Source: Candidatus Cloacimonadota bacterium
GTDB taxonomy: Bacteria > Cloacimonadota > Cloacimonadia > JGIOTU-2
Reading direction: 5' to 3'
NCBI GenBank assembly: GCA_049903315.1
Contig: JBNGBT010000008.1
Span: 62,330 to 126,329 of the forward strand
Length of the DNA: 64,000 nt
Shown here: one piece after another, positions 8,783 through 21,368 of the stretch
Position numbering within the stretch: position 1 is the first letter of the stretch
How the letters are laid out: every line of letters begins with the position of its first letter
Position numbers and translations under genes: made by a program
Notes under the pieces: generated by a model
Seen by the model: only the letters and a program-made list of their open reading frames with translations
The model's database searches: none
Told to the model about the DNA's origin: nothing

Positions 8783-10486
8783 ATGATGAAAATACAACCT
8801 GATGAAATCAGTAGAATAATCAAAGAAAAAATTGAAAAGTATAACTATAAAGTTGATATAGACGAAGTCGGCAGAGTTATCGAGGTCGGTGACGGTATCG
8901 CACGTGTGTATGGCCTGCAGGATGTCATGGCATCGGAACTTGTCCTTTTCAATAATGAAATCTACGGTATGGCACTAAATCTGGAAGAGGATAATGTCGG
9001 CTGTATCATCCTTGGCGAAAGTGATAAAATCAAAGAGGGTGATATTGTCAAAAGGACAAAGAAGATCGTACAAGTACCGGTCGGCGAAGCAACGCTGGGA
9101 CGTGTGGTGGATCCCCTCGGAATGCCTCTTGATGGAAAAGAGCCGATAAAATCCAAACTGAGTATGCCTATTGAGAGAAAAGCACTTGGCGTTATTGCAC
9201 GACAACCAGTGATAGAACCCCTGCAATCCGGGCTGAAAGCTATCGACTCCATGATCCCCATCGGAAGAGGACAACGTGAACTCATAATTGGTGATAGACA
9301 AACCGGAAAAACAGCCCTCGCGGTTGATACGATCATAAACCAGAAAGATACAGACGTCTATTGTATTTATGTGGCGATTGGACAGAAAAGATCGTCAGTA
9401 GCAAAGGTCGTTGAGGCATTGAGAGAGCATGGAGCGCTGGATTATACAATTATCGTATCAGCAACCGCTTCCGATCCTGCTGCAATACAGTATATCGCTC
9501 CTTATTCCGGTGTCACAATGGGCGAATATTTCCGCGACAGAGGTAAGCATGTACTGGTAATTTATGATGACCTTTCCAAACATGCTGTTGCATATCGCCA
9601 GATTTCACTTCTGCTCCGCAGACCTCCCGGTCGTGAAGCATATCCCGGCGATGTTTTCTATCTCCATTCACGACTTCTTGAAAGAGCGTCAAAACTCGAA
9701 GAAATTTATATCATCATACCAAAAGAAATGGAAAAAGCAGAAGAAGGTGTGAATAAAAAAGAATATCGAAGGCATATTAAATCAAGCGATGAAGAACTCA
9801 AAAAAGATCTTAAGGAATTAGGAAATGATAAATTCAAGTTCTATAAGCTGCCGGAAACAGGCGGTTCACTCACTGCTCTACCAATAATCGAAACCCAGGC
9901 AAGTGACATTTCTGCATACATTCCCACGAACGTGATCTCAATTACGGACGGTCAGATATATCTCGAATCAAAGCTCTTTTATTCCGGTGTGCGACCTGCG
10001 ATCAATGCAGGATTATCGGTTTCACGAGTTGGGGGCAAAGCACAGATAAAGGCAATGAGACAGGTTGCAGGAAGATTGCGTATTGAACTTGCTCAGTTCA
10101 GAGAGCTGGAAGCGTTTGCGAAATTCGGCGCAGAGCTTGATAAGGATACTCAGGATCAACTTAATCGCGGGTACAGGTATGTAGAAATACTCAAACAGGG
10201 TCAGTACAAACCAATTCCCGTTGCCAAGCAGATTGCAATAATTTTCATGGGTTATGAAGGATATCTTGATGACCTTCCGGTCGATATTATACAGGATGTT
10301 CAGGCAGAGCTTTTCGAATTAATGGATGAAGATTATCAGAAACTACAAAAAGAACTAGTTAAACCAGATGGAGTGACAGAAGAAGTCGAAAAGCAATTGC
10401 ACGAGTTATCAAAAAAAGTAAAAAAAGTTTTCGAGCATCAGGTCATCGTAGAAGAAATAATCGAAGAAGAAGCATCAGCGAAATAG
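8783..10486 (+). CDS. atpA: F1 ATP synthase subunit alpha (with internal insertion and C-terminal extension)
   Basis: [51 protein letters not shown]. Confidence 0.97.
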   Translation: MMKIQPDEISRIIKEKIEKYNYKVDIDEVGRVIEVGDGIARVYGLQDVMASELVLFNNEIYGMALNLEEDNVGCIILGESDKIKEGDIVKRTKKIVQVPVGEATLGRVVDPLGMPLDGKEPIKSKLSMPIERKALGVIARQPVIEPLQSGLKAIDSMIPIGRGQRELIIGDRQTGKTALAVDTIINQKDTDVYCIYVAIGQKRSSVAKVVEALREHGALDYTIIVSATASDPAAIQYIAPYSGVTMGEYFRDRGKHVLVIYDDLSKHAVAYRQISLLLRRPPGREAYPGDVFYLHSRLLERASKLEEIYIIIPKEMEKAEEGVNKKEYRRHIKSSDEELKKDLKELGNDKFKFYKLPETGGSLTALPIIETQASDISAYIPTNVISITDGQIYLESKLFYSGVRPAINAGLSVSRVGGKAQIKAMRQVAGRLRIELAQFRELEAFAKFGAELDKDTQDQLNRGYRYVEILKQGQYKPIPVAKQIAIIFMGYEGYLDDLPVDIIQDVQAELFELMDEDYQKLQKELVKPDGVTEEVEKQLHELSKKVKKVFEHQVIVEEIIEEEASAK

Positions 10487-10487
10487 T

Positions 10488-12893
<2,406 letters not shown>

Positions 12894-12894
<1 letters not shown>

Positions 12895-13313
12895 TGGCCA
12901 ATAATTCACAATTGCTTCATTTAAAAATAGTCACACCTAGGGGAGTATTCTTTGAAGATGACGTGGGTGAGCTCGTTGCTCCCGGCAAAGATGGTGATTT
13001 TGGAGTCCAGACCGGGCATACGCCATTTATATCTTCAGTGAGACCCGGCATTTTGAAAATCTATAAAAACGACAAACCAGAGCTCTATTCTCTAATCAAT
13101 GGTTTTGTGATGGTGGATGTCGATAAGGTGAGAATTTTCACAGAAATAATAGAAAAACCGGAAGATATCGATAAAAACAGAGCAGAGCGTGCAAAACAAC
13201 GAGCTGAAAAACGCCTGCAGGAGAAAAAGGAACATACGGATCTTCGTCGCGCTGAAGGTGCGCTGAGAAGAGCTATTGCCCGTATTCAGATAAGCGAAGA
13301 GGGATTTCACTAA
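12894..13313 (+). CDS. atpC: F1 ATP synthase subunit epsilon
   Basis: LKIVTP, GDFGVQTGHTP, IDKNRAERAKQRAEKRL, ALRRAIARI. Confidence 0.95.
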
Positions 13314-13340
13314 TTGATTTCTTTGACGTAGAATAAATCG

Positions 13341-13370
13341 ATAGCTATATGTGAGTATAGCTATTTTTTT
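13341..13370 (+). terminator. Possible intrinsic terminator of the atp operon
   Basis: ATAGCTATA-tgtgag-TATAGCTAT hairpin followed by a T run; AT-rich stem; overlaps a TTGACG-N17-TATATG promoter-like element. Confidence 0.45.
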
Positions 13371-13376
13371 ATATAG

Positions 13377-14678
13377 GTGATACATTTGAAAAGACAAAAA
13401 AAGATATTGATAATCTCATTGGCATTTCTTTCAATGCTCTGCTTCACTACTTTACAAGCAGAACAAGAAGATTCTCCATTCGTTGAGCACAAAGTTCTTT
13501 CAGGAGAGAATCTGTATACGATTGCCAGGAAATATATTGACCGATCCCCGACTCTTTTTCTTGGGGAATTTGTAGAGCAGATCAGAAGTGTAAATAACAT
13601 CTCTGATTCTAATGTAATACATGTAGGTCAAATAATATTGATACCGACTGAAGCAACGAATCTTATCAATAAGGAAAAAGTACGACATGATTCATTGTGC
13701 GGGATTTATCTTAACACCTATTCTCTAACCGAAAATAACATGCAGCGCATTATAAACAGATATGATTCACTTAAATGCAATGCGCTTGTTGTTGATTTTT
13801 CAAATGTGAGGGGTACCCTTTTTTACTCTTCTAGAAACAATATTGCTCAGCAGAACAACCTATCAACTCCAATTATTCGGGATCCTCAAAAACTCGCTAA
13901 CATGCTGCATATGAATGATATCGAACTTATAGCCCGTGTCACAATGTTCAAAGACACGACACTTGCGCATAACTATCCAGAATGGCGACCTGTTCTTATT
14001 CCTGATTCAACTGATACTCTTGCATCTAAGAAGAAATATGCGGAGCACTGGCTTAATCCGAATAACCAGGAAGTACAGAAATATAAACTTGATATTATCA
14101 AAGAAATAATTTCTCTCGGAGTTGATGAGATACAGCTTGATTATGTACGTTTTCCGACCGAGGGTCATCTCCTTGATGCGGATTTTGGCATTCCAGACTC
14201 AATCACGAAGCAGGATGTGATAACAGATTTTATTTCAAAAGTATATGAGGTAACTCAGCAGAAAGGGGTAAATCTCTCTGCTGATATTTTCGGGATCGTT
14301 GCATTTCAGCATCATGATGATGTGCAGAACACGGGACAGGATATCGGCAGAATCATGCCGTATCTGGATAGAATTCATCCAATGATATATCCCTCACATT
14401 TTTATGGAGAATTCTGGGGAAAAGCATATCCCGGTAAGGAACCCTATTATTTTATTTATCGAATGTGCAGGGTGCTGAAAGAAGAAATCGAAGATGATCA
14501 AAAGATCATACCTTATCTTGAATCTTTCTCGTTGTATAATAATTATATTGATCCTTACACGATCTCTGCTCAGATACAGGCAGTAAAAGATGCGGGATTG
14601 AAAGGTGGATTTCTTTTCTGGAATGCCGGAGCAAATTATGAGTCAACCTGGAAAGCGCTTGAGGAGTTTATAGAATAA
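13377..14678 (+). CDS. Secreted LysM-domain protein with a putative glycoside hydrolase TIM barrel (DUF4015-like)
   Basis: Signal peptide; LysM HKVLSGENLYTIA...IHVGQIILIP; IARVTMFKD, DEIQLDYVRFP, SADIFG, PMIYPSHF motifs. Confidence 0.8.
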   Translation: MIHLKRQKKILIISLAFLSMLCFTTLQAEQEDSPFVEHKVLSGENLYTIARKYIDRSPTLFLGEFVEQIRSVNNISDSNVIHVGQIILIPTEATNLINKEKVRHDSLCGIYLNTYSLTENNMQRIINRYDSLKCNALVVDFSNVRGTLFYSSRNNIAQQNNLSTPIIRDPQKLANMLHMNDIELIARVTMFKDTTLAHNYPEWRPVLIPDSTDTLASKKKYAEHWLNPNNQEVQKYKLDIIKEIISLGVDEIQLDYVRFPTEGHLLDADFGIPDSITKQDVITDFISKVYEVTQQKGVNLSADIFGIVAFQHHDDVQNTGQDIGRIMPYLDRIHPMIYPSHFYGEFWGKAYPGKEPYYFIYRMCRVLKEEIEDDQKIIPYLESFSLYNNYIDPYTISAQIQAVKDAGLKGGFLFWNAGANYESTWKALEEFIE

Positions 14679-14728
14679 TACCTCATTATTTTCTTGACGC
14701 TCAGAATCCGCATTCATGAATAAATTAT

Positions 14729-15280
14729 ATGAAAATAAAATTCATTCAAATTCCTCTCATACTTCTCTACACCATTATCATATTTCTCCTCACCTGTTGC
14801 GCTTCAAAAACAGGTTTGATTCCCGGAGCAGCAAGCGGAAAATATATCGAGGTTTTCTTTCTTTCCGAAACTACAAACCAGTATTTCATCCACCCGATCG
14901 AATGGAAAGAAAAGGGAATTACATTCAGTTTAGATTTTACTGTTCGAACCAGTAGGAAACCACAACCCAATGATCCTGTAAATTTCAGCTATACTCTCGA
15001 AAAGAACGACCCATTTAATGATGAACTGGTGCTTTATTTTGTGCTTAATGACACTACTGCCGTAGCACCGTCTATGATAGAATCTCTTGCTTCTGAGGAT
15101 AATAACAGTTATGTAAGATACACAAGTCAGATCGAATACGGTGATTTTATTAAATTGATCTCTGCAAAAAGAGTCGATATTATTCTTCTGGATGGGATGA
15201 ATGATACCCGCAGCAAGTTACCGAAGCAATTTTACAAGGCAGCAGATGAGATGAAAAAAATGTTGAACATTCAAAATTAA
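14729..15280 (+). CDS. Hypothetical lipoprotein
   Basis: Hydrophobic N-terminus ending LLTCC; no recognisable domain. Confidence 0.6.
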   Translation: MKIKFIQIPLILLYTIIIFLLTCCASKTGLIPGAASGKYIEVFFLSETTNQYFIHPIEWKEKGITFSLDFTVRTSRKPQPNDPVNFSYTLEKNDPFNDELVLYFVLNDTTAVAPSMIESLASEDNNSYVRYTSQIEYGDFIKLISAKRVDIILLDGMNDTRSKLPKQFYKAADEMKKMLNIQN

Positions 15281-15291
15281 AAGAGTGAGTG

Positions 15292-15468
15292 ATGAAAAGA
15301 GCTTTTAATATTTTTATTTGTTTGACCTCAGGGCTTATTGTCGGCATCATTATCAGTAAATTATTACTTGAACCAGACTGGCAGGATGCATTTGCCAGCC
15401 CTGCAGTTATCGGGGCAGTTATCGGCACAGCAGTCGGATTTCAAACAAACAGGAAGAAAAAGAAATAA
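15292..15468 (+). CDS. Small two-TM membrane protein (58 aa, below the ORF-track cutoff)
   Basis: Hand translation MKRAFNIFICLTSGLIVGIIISKLLLEPDWQDAFASPAVIGAVIGTAVGFQTNRKKKK; 11 nt after the previous stop; basic termini. Confidence 0.55.
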   Translation: MKRAFNIFICLTSGLIVGIIISKLLLEPDWQDAFASPAVIGAVIGTAVGFQTNRKKKK

Positions 15469-15569
15469 ATATTTACTTGAGGAAAATTATAATTATAAAT
15501 TTTCTTGACGCACTATTTCCCTCTTAGGCAATAATTTACACGCATTTAAAAAATCTCGTAAGGAAGTAT

Positions 15570-17051
15570 ATGGAAGAACTGTCTCACGAAACACGACTGG
15601 CACAATTATCACTCATTGCAGACAAGAAATACCTGCCGCTTGCAATGGACTTTATTCAGGATGTGGCAGTTGTTGTAGGATTAGAAAAATCCGATGCGCA
15701 AAAACTCGAACTGATCGTGGAAGAAGCAAGCCTCAATGTTATAGAACATGCCTTTGATGAGGATGAAAAAGGAAATTTTGAGATCATTATCATGAGAAAA
15801 CCCGGACAGCTTGTCATCTCGATTAGAGATAAAGGACTTCCTTTTGATTTTCAAAAAATAAAACCCGGCGAGAATTCAGGATTGGGCATGGTTCTCATGA
15901 AAGCATTGGCAGACGAAATACATTTTGTCAATCTTGGAAGAGAGGGCAAAGAGGTCTTATTTATAAAAAATCTTCCTTATAAAAACATTACTGAATTAGA
16001 AGAATTGCCGGAAACAAAGGAAGCCATCCCCGTAGAAAAAAAGGATGTCGAACTTACCTACCGATTGATGACCGAGCAGGATGCAGTTCCCATGGCACGA
16101 TGCATGTATCGGTCTTATGGCTATTCCTATGGCAACGATTTTGTGTATTATCCGGAAAAAGTACAAGAACTCATTAAAAGCAAGCTGCTTCACTCATGCG
16201 TTGTATTAAATCCCGAAGGAGAGCTGATCGGGCACCTTGCAATGATGCTGGAATCTCCTGATGCTAAGATCGGAGAAACGGGAATGGCTGTCGTCGATCC
16301 GCGCTACAGAGGTCACGGCATATTCAAGAAAACTAAATTATTTTTAATTGATTATGCGAAAAAAAGAAATATGGCAGGGATCTACAGCGAAGCCGTAGCA
16401 GTGCATCCCTATACCCAAAAAGGGAATATCTCACTCGGTGCTCATGAGACAGGATTTCTTATCGGTTTCACTCCCTCAACAATGTTCTTCAAAAAGATCG
16501 AAACGCAGCAGAGAACGAAACGGCAAACCACCGTTCTTTTCTATCTTACACTGAAAGATGAAGAGGAAAAGATATACCCTCCATTCCATCATAAAGCAAT
16601 GATAAAGAAGATATATGAGATGAGCGGGTTGAAGAGAAAGATAGAGAAAGCGGCGCACAATATTTTAGATGATATACCTGAAAAATCACAAATCGATGTG
16701 AGGGTGCAAACAGAACCGGGCAGAGCATTTATGAGAGTCTCGCAATTCGGGAAGGATGTTGTCGAACTTATTGGATTTAGATTACATGAACTTTGCCTGC
16801 AAAAGATCGACTGCATCTATATAGATCTGCCGTTAAGCCATCCTATGACACAGCAGATATGTGCGCCACTCGAAATGCTTGGATTTTTCTTCGCAGGCAT
16901 TATTCCTGAAATGTTTGACGGAGATGTACTCAGATTACAATATCTCAACAATGTTGATATAGACTTTGAGAAAGTGACTGTTGTCTCAGATTTTGGAAAG
17001 GAGCTTTTTGACTACGTAGTCAAGGCGCACGAAAGGGAATTATCAGTATGA
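15570..17051 (+). CDS. RsbW-like HATPase_c domain fused to a GNAT acetyltransferase domain
   Basis: LIVEEASLNVIEHAF, IRDKGLPFD, GLGMVLMKALADE (anti-sigma kinase-type boxes); VVDPRYRGHGI (acetyl-CoA motif A). Confidence 0.8.
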   Translation: MEELSHETRLAQLSLIADKKYLPLAMDFIQDVAVVVGLEKSDAQKLELIVEEASLNVIEHAFDEDEKGNFEIIIMRKPGQLVISIRDKGLPFDFQKIKPGENSGLGMVLMKALADEIHFVNLGREGKEVLFIKNLPYKNITELEELPETKEAIPVEKKDVELTYRLMTEQDAVPMARCMYRSYGYSYGNDFVYYPEKVQELIKSKLLHSCVVLNPEGELIGHLAMMLESPDAKIGETGMAVVDPRYRGHGIFKKTKLFLIDYAKKRNMAGIYSEAVAVHPYTQKGNISLGAHETGFLIGFTPSTMFFKKIETQQRTKRQTTVLFYLTLKDEEEKIYPPFHHKAMIKKIYEMSGLKRKIEKAAHNILDDIPEKSQIDVRVQTEPGRAFMRVSQFGKDVVELIGFRLHELCLQKIDCIYIDLPLSHPMTQQICAPLEMLGFFFAGIIPEMFDGDVLRLQYLNNVDIDFEKVTVVSDFGKELFDYVVKAHERELSV

Positions 17052-17083
17052 TTTTAAAAAAGCAAAAAGAAAAAAAATGCAGA

Positions 17084-17264
17084 ACCACGAAACACCAGTC
17101 TTCTCCACCTATTATTGTGCCATGGCACAATCAACTGGCGGATACGCCAAGGCAGGCACGAAATTAATAAAATGATATTTAGAACAATATTTTCTCTTAA
17201 AATCTGTTTTGGTGCTTTTCGCCTGCAGCGGCGCAATGTAATGAAGACGTGTGATTTTCGTGGT
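17084..17264. repeat. Composite inverted REP-like element
   Basis: ACCACGAAA..GTCTTC..GCAGGC on the left and its inverted counterpart GCCTGC..GAAGAC..TTTCGTGGT on the right; internal perfect palindrome ATTGTGCCATGGCACAAT (17114-17131). Confidence 0.5.
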
Positions 17265-17290
17265 AAAAGTATTTATAACAAGGAGTAACT

Positions 17291-18946
17291 ATGGTAAAAG
17301 AAAACTTTATTGATTATATCGAGAAAGGGATCAAAGAAAACTGGGACCTTCAGGCATTCACAAACTACCGCGGCGACACACTTAATTATGGGCAGACCGC
17401 AAGCGAAATCCTGAAACTTCATCATATATTCAAAGCACTCGATGTAAAGAAAGGTGCAAAGATCGCTGTGCTTGGAAAAAATTCTACGAATTGGGCAATT
17501 ACATATCTTGCAACCGTGACATACGGTGCGGTCATTGTCCCGATCCTTGCGGATTTCAAGGCAGATGACATTCATCATATACTCAATCACTCGGAAGCGG
17601 AAATGCTTTTTGTCGGAGACGGATTATATGAAGATATTGATGAGAAGATGATTCCAAATATCAATGTAATTTTTGCTTTGGAAGATTTTTCGATACTCTA
17701 CAACAAACACAATTCTATCAAAGAAGATATCACAAAAGCAAAAGTTCACTGGGATAAGGAATTTGAAAAAAATCTCACACCAAGTTCTTTCACTTTCGAA
17801 AAGATCAAGAATGATAAACTCGCAGCGATTGTCTATACATCTGGAACGACCGGATTTTCTAAAGGCGTGATGCTTTCACACAATAGTCTAATCGGAAATA
17901 TTGTGTATGCTCATGAGCACATGCCACTGAAAGCAGGCGAAAGAATCCTCTCATTCCTTCCGCTTGCCCATGCATACGGTTGCGCATTTGAATTTCTCTT
18001 TCCTTTTACACTCGGGTGTCATATTACATTCCTCACAAAATTACCATCACCCAAGATAATCCTTAAGGCATTTGCAGATGTTCAGCCGCATCTTATTCTC
18101 TCTGTTCCCCTTATTATTGAGAAGATATACCGTAAACAGGTCAAACCCGTACTTGATAAAGGGAGCATGAAGGTACTCATTGCACTGCCGGGCTTGAAAT
18201 CGGTGATAAAGAATAAGATCAAGAAAAAGCTGGTTGCGGCATTTGGCAGCAATTTCTACGAACTTGTGGTCGGAGGAGCCGCATTAAATGAAGAGGCTGA
18301 AGCGTTTTTCCAATGTATAAAATTCCCTATCACAATCGGCTACGGTATGACGGAGTGCGGACCACTCATCAGCTATGCAAGTTGGGATAAGCATAAACCG
18401 GCTTCATGTGGACAAACCATAAATTTTCTCGAAGCGAAAATTGATTCAGATGATCCTCAAACTATTGTGGGAGAAATTATGGTGCGGGGAGAAGTGGTCA
18501 TGGATGGCTATTTCAAAAACAAAGAGGCTACTGCTGCTGCTATTGACGAAGATGGCTGGCTTCATACTGGCGATCTGGGATTGATTGATAAAGACGGTTT
18601 CATATTTATCAAAGGGCGAAGGAAGAGTATGATACTCAGTTCATCAGGTCAAAATATCTATCCCGAAGAACTGGAAGCTAAAATTGATAATCTTCCCTAT
18701 ATTCAAGAGTCTCTTGTAATTGAGAAAAGTGGAAAGCTCGTTGCATTGGTTTACGCAGATTTTGAGAAAATAGACTCTGAAAAGATCTCGGAAACACAGA
18801 TCGAAGATATCATGGAGCAGAACAGGAAAGATATCAACAAGATATTGCCTTCGTACAGCTTTATATCCAAATTTGAACTGTATCCCGAGGAATTTGAAAA
18901 GACACCGACCAAGAAGATCAAGCGATTCCTCTATAATATTCAATAA
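17291..18946 (+). CDS. Long-chain acyl-CoA synthetase (AMP-binding)
   Basis: YTSGTTGFSKGV, GYGMTECGP, GWLHTGDLG, GQNIYPEELE, FEKTPTKKIKR. Confidence 0.9.
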   Translation: MVKENFIDYIEKGIKENWDLQAFTNYRGDTLNYGQTASEILKLHHIFKALDVKKGAKIAVLGKNSTNWAITYLATVTYGAVIVPILADFKADDIHHILNHSEAEMLFVGDGLYEDIDEKMIPNINVIFALEDFSILYNKHNSIKEDITKAKVHWDKEFEKNLTPSSFTFEKIKNDKLAAIVYTSGTTGFSKGVMLSHNSLIGNIVYAHEHMPLKAGERILSFLPLAHAYGCAFEFLFPFTLGCHITFLTKLPSPKIILKAFADVQPHLILSVPLIIEKIYRKQVKPVLDKGSMKVLIALPGLKSVIKNKIKKKLVAAFGSNFYELVVGGAALNEEAEAFFQCIKFPITIGYGMTECGPLISYASWDKHKPASCGQTINFLEAKIDSDDPQTIVGEIMVRGEVVMDGYFKNKEATAAAIDEDGWLHTGDLGLIDKDGFIFIKGRRKSMILSSSGQNIYPEELEAKIDNLPYIQESLVIEKSGKLVALVYADFEKIDSEKISETQIEDIMEQNRKDINKILPSYSFISKFELYPEEFEKTPTKKIKRFLYNIQ

Positions 18947-18972
18947 GCTCGAGGCGATATAATTTATAGATA

Positions 18973-19770
18973 ATGGATCATGCATTTCTGCTTAAGCTCC
19001 TTCTGAGTTTTTTACTTGGAGGGATCTGGATCACATTCTCGACGATCATTGCAGAAAGATTCGGGTCAAAACTCGGCGGCGTTATCGCGGGACTTCCGAG
19101 CACGATCATCATCTCGCTTTTTTTTATCGGCTGGACTCAATCGCCAATAATTGCCAACAGGGCAACAACGGTCATTCCTATTGTCATGGGGATCGACGCA
19201 TTTTTCGTCGTCGTGTATGCGCTTCTCAGAAAGAAAAGTTTCTCTATTGCACTTGGTGGAGCTCTTCTGTTCTGGGGTGGATCTGCGTTCATTCTTGCAT
19301 CGGTTAAGTTTGACAGTTTCCTGATCTCTATGATTGGCTTTGTCGTACTTGTTATACTCTCATATCACATCCTGGAAAAGTGGAATTCATTCCCGTCGGA
19401 GTCAAAGAAATATGCAAAGTATACTGCGCCGGTACTACTGATACGAGGAATCCTCAGCGGCTCGATCATCGCATTTGCTGTTCTTATGGCAAAGATTGCA
19501 GGACCTCTTATCGGCGGTATGTTCTCTGTTTTTCCCGCAGTGATGCTGTCCACAATGATCATTACTTATTTTGCTCATGGAACCAGCTTTTCTGTTGCAG
19601 TACTCAAAATACTCACGGTAAGCGGACCGGTGAATGTCGTTACATATGCAGTTGCAGTGCGCTATCTTTATGGAAGTGTCGGACTTCTCTGGGGAACGCT
19701 GATCGCATTTGTTATTTCTATGATAAGTTCGTTTTTGGTATATCAATTCGTAAAAAGAAAAATGATATAA
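18973..19770 (+). CDS. Multi-pass membrane protein with internal duplication (DUF3147-like)
   Basis: Two similar halves AERFGSKLGGVIAGLP / AKIAGPLIGGMFSVFP; hydrophobic throughout. Confidence 0.6.
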   Translation: MDHAFLLKLLLSFLLGGIWITFSTIIAERFGSKLGGVIAGLPSTIIISLFFIGWTQSPIIANRATTVIPIVMGIDAFFVVVYALLRKKSFSIALGGALLFWGGSAFILASVKFDSFLISMIGFVVLVILSYHILEKWNSFPSESKKYAKYTAPVLLIRGILSGSIIAFAVLMAKIAGPLIGGMFSVFPAVMLSTMIITYFAHGTSFSVAVLKILTVSGPVNVVTYAVAVRYLYGSVGLLWGTLIAFVISMISSFLVYQFVKRKMI

Positions 19771-19785
19771 CATGTAAGGAGGACA

Positions 19786-21138
19786 ATGGAAAAAAAAGTT
19801 AAAACACAGGGTAGTGGCTATATGGGATTTTGGGCTATTGTCGCGCTTGGCGTCGGGGGAATGGTCGGAGGTGGAATATTTGCAGTCCTTGGTCTTGCAG
19901 TACAGCTTGCTCATGGCGGCACACCTGTGGCATTTGGTCTGGCAGGTATCGTAGCGCTTCTGACAACCTATTCATACTCCAAACTCTCTGTTGCCTATCC
20001 AAGTGAAGGGGGCACTGTTGAGTTCATTAACCAGGCATTCAAACCGGGTTTCTTCACAGGCGGGATGAACGTCCTTCTCTGGCTCAGTTATGTGGTCATG
20101 CTGTCATTATATTCCTATGCTTTCGGCAGCTACGGAAGCACCTTTTTCCCCGAAGCGATACAGCCCGTGATGAAGCATGTATGCATCAGCGGCGTTATAA
20201 TTATCTTTACATTCCTTAATGTGATCGGTTCCCGCGCAGTGGGCAGAGCAGAGAAATGGATCGTGGGAATCAAGATTCTTATCCTGTTATTTTTTACCGG
20301 GGCAGGCGTGTGGTCGATCAAAGTTGCAAATTTCATGCCTGCAAAATGGGTCAGCACAATCCCGCTTATTGCAGGCGGTATGATCATCTTTGTTGCGTAT
20401 GAAGGATTTGAACTCATTGCTAACACAGCGAACCAGGTTCAGCATAGAAAGAAAACAATACCGAGAGCTTATTTCACCGCAGTGATATTTGTCATCATAC
20501 TCTATATTGTTATTGCGTTGATCACGGTCGGGAATATTACGAGTCTAGCTGAAGTCGCGAAATATAGAGATTACATTCTTGCTGAAGTTGCTAAACCATT
20601 TCTCGGGCAATTTGGATTTGTACTCATCACAATTGCTGCGCTTCTTGCTACGGCTTCTGCGGTGAATGCCACGTTGTATGGTGCTTCTCGGGTAAGTTAT
20701 ATCATCGCAAAAGATGGCGAACTGCCAAAAGTACTTGAAAAACAGGTGTGGCATAAACAGAATATTGAAGGACTTTTCATTACGACTGCAATAACGCTGC
20801 TCGTGGCGAATTTCTTTAATCTCTCGAGTATTTCCACAATGGGAAGTGCAGGATTTTTGCTGATCTTTGGTTTTGTGAATATCTCGAATGTGATTCTGGC
20901 TAAAAGCACAGAGAGCAAAAAATTCATCTCTATGATTGGTGCGATCGTGTGTTTTATTGCACTCTTTGCGCTTGTCTGGCAGACCGCCAAAACAAATCCA
21001 AGCAATATATGGGTGCTTGTTATTATGCTCGGTTTGTCATTTATAATTGAAGGTTTTTACAAAAGCATAACCGGAAAAGATTTCAAGAAAATACTCGATC
21101 CCAACTTGAAGGAGAACCAGGCAAAGAATTTGGAGTAG
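19786..21138 (+). CDS. APC superfamily amino acid permease
   Basis: GGMVGGGIF TM1 motif, FVAYEGFELIA, about 12 TM helices. Confidence 0.9.
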   Translation: MEKKVKTQGSGYMGFWAIVALGVGGMVGGGIFAVLGLAVQLAHGGTPVAFGLAGIVALLTTYSYSKLSVAYPSEGGTVEFINQAFKPGFFTGGMNVLLWLSYVVMLSLYSYAFGSYGSTFFPEAIQPVMKHVCISGVIIIFTFLNVIGSRAVGRAEKWIVGIKILILLFFTGAGVWSIKVANFMPAKWVSTIPLIAGGMIIFVAYEGFELIANTANQVQHRKKTIPRAYFTAVIFVIILYIVIALITVGNITSLAEVAKYRDYILAEVAKPFLGQFGFVLITIAALLATASAVNATLYGASRVSYIIAKDGELPKVLEKQVWHKQNIEGLFITTAITLLVANFFNLSSISTMGSAGFLLIFGFVNISNVILAKSTESKKFISMIGAIVCFIALFALVWQTAKTNPSNIWVLVIMLGLSFIIEGFYKSITGKDFKKILDPNLKENQAKNLE

Positions 21139-21368
21139 GAATAAATGTAAAAAGCCGGATCTGGAAAGATGTGTTCTGAATTAGGATTTTTATAAAGATT
21201 TGAAAGAATAAACTATTTGACAAGAAGGGTAGTGATTTAAAAAGAATTCGAAATAAAAAATATGATTGGATTTACTGCAGAAATTGTGGAAAATAGATGA
21301 GGATAATTATATTAATGTAAAAAAGATAAACTGGAATATAAATTAATAAATTAAGAAAGGACAAGAGT

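Noticed and set aside
17054..17236. 60-aa - strand ORF in the intergenic element
   Set aside because: Lies across palindromic repeat DNA, has atypical composition and no RBS
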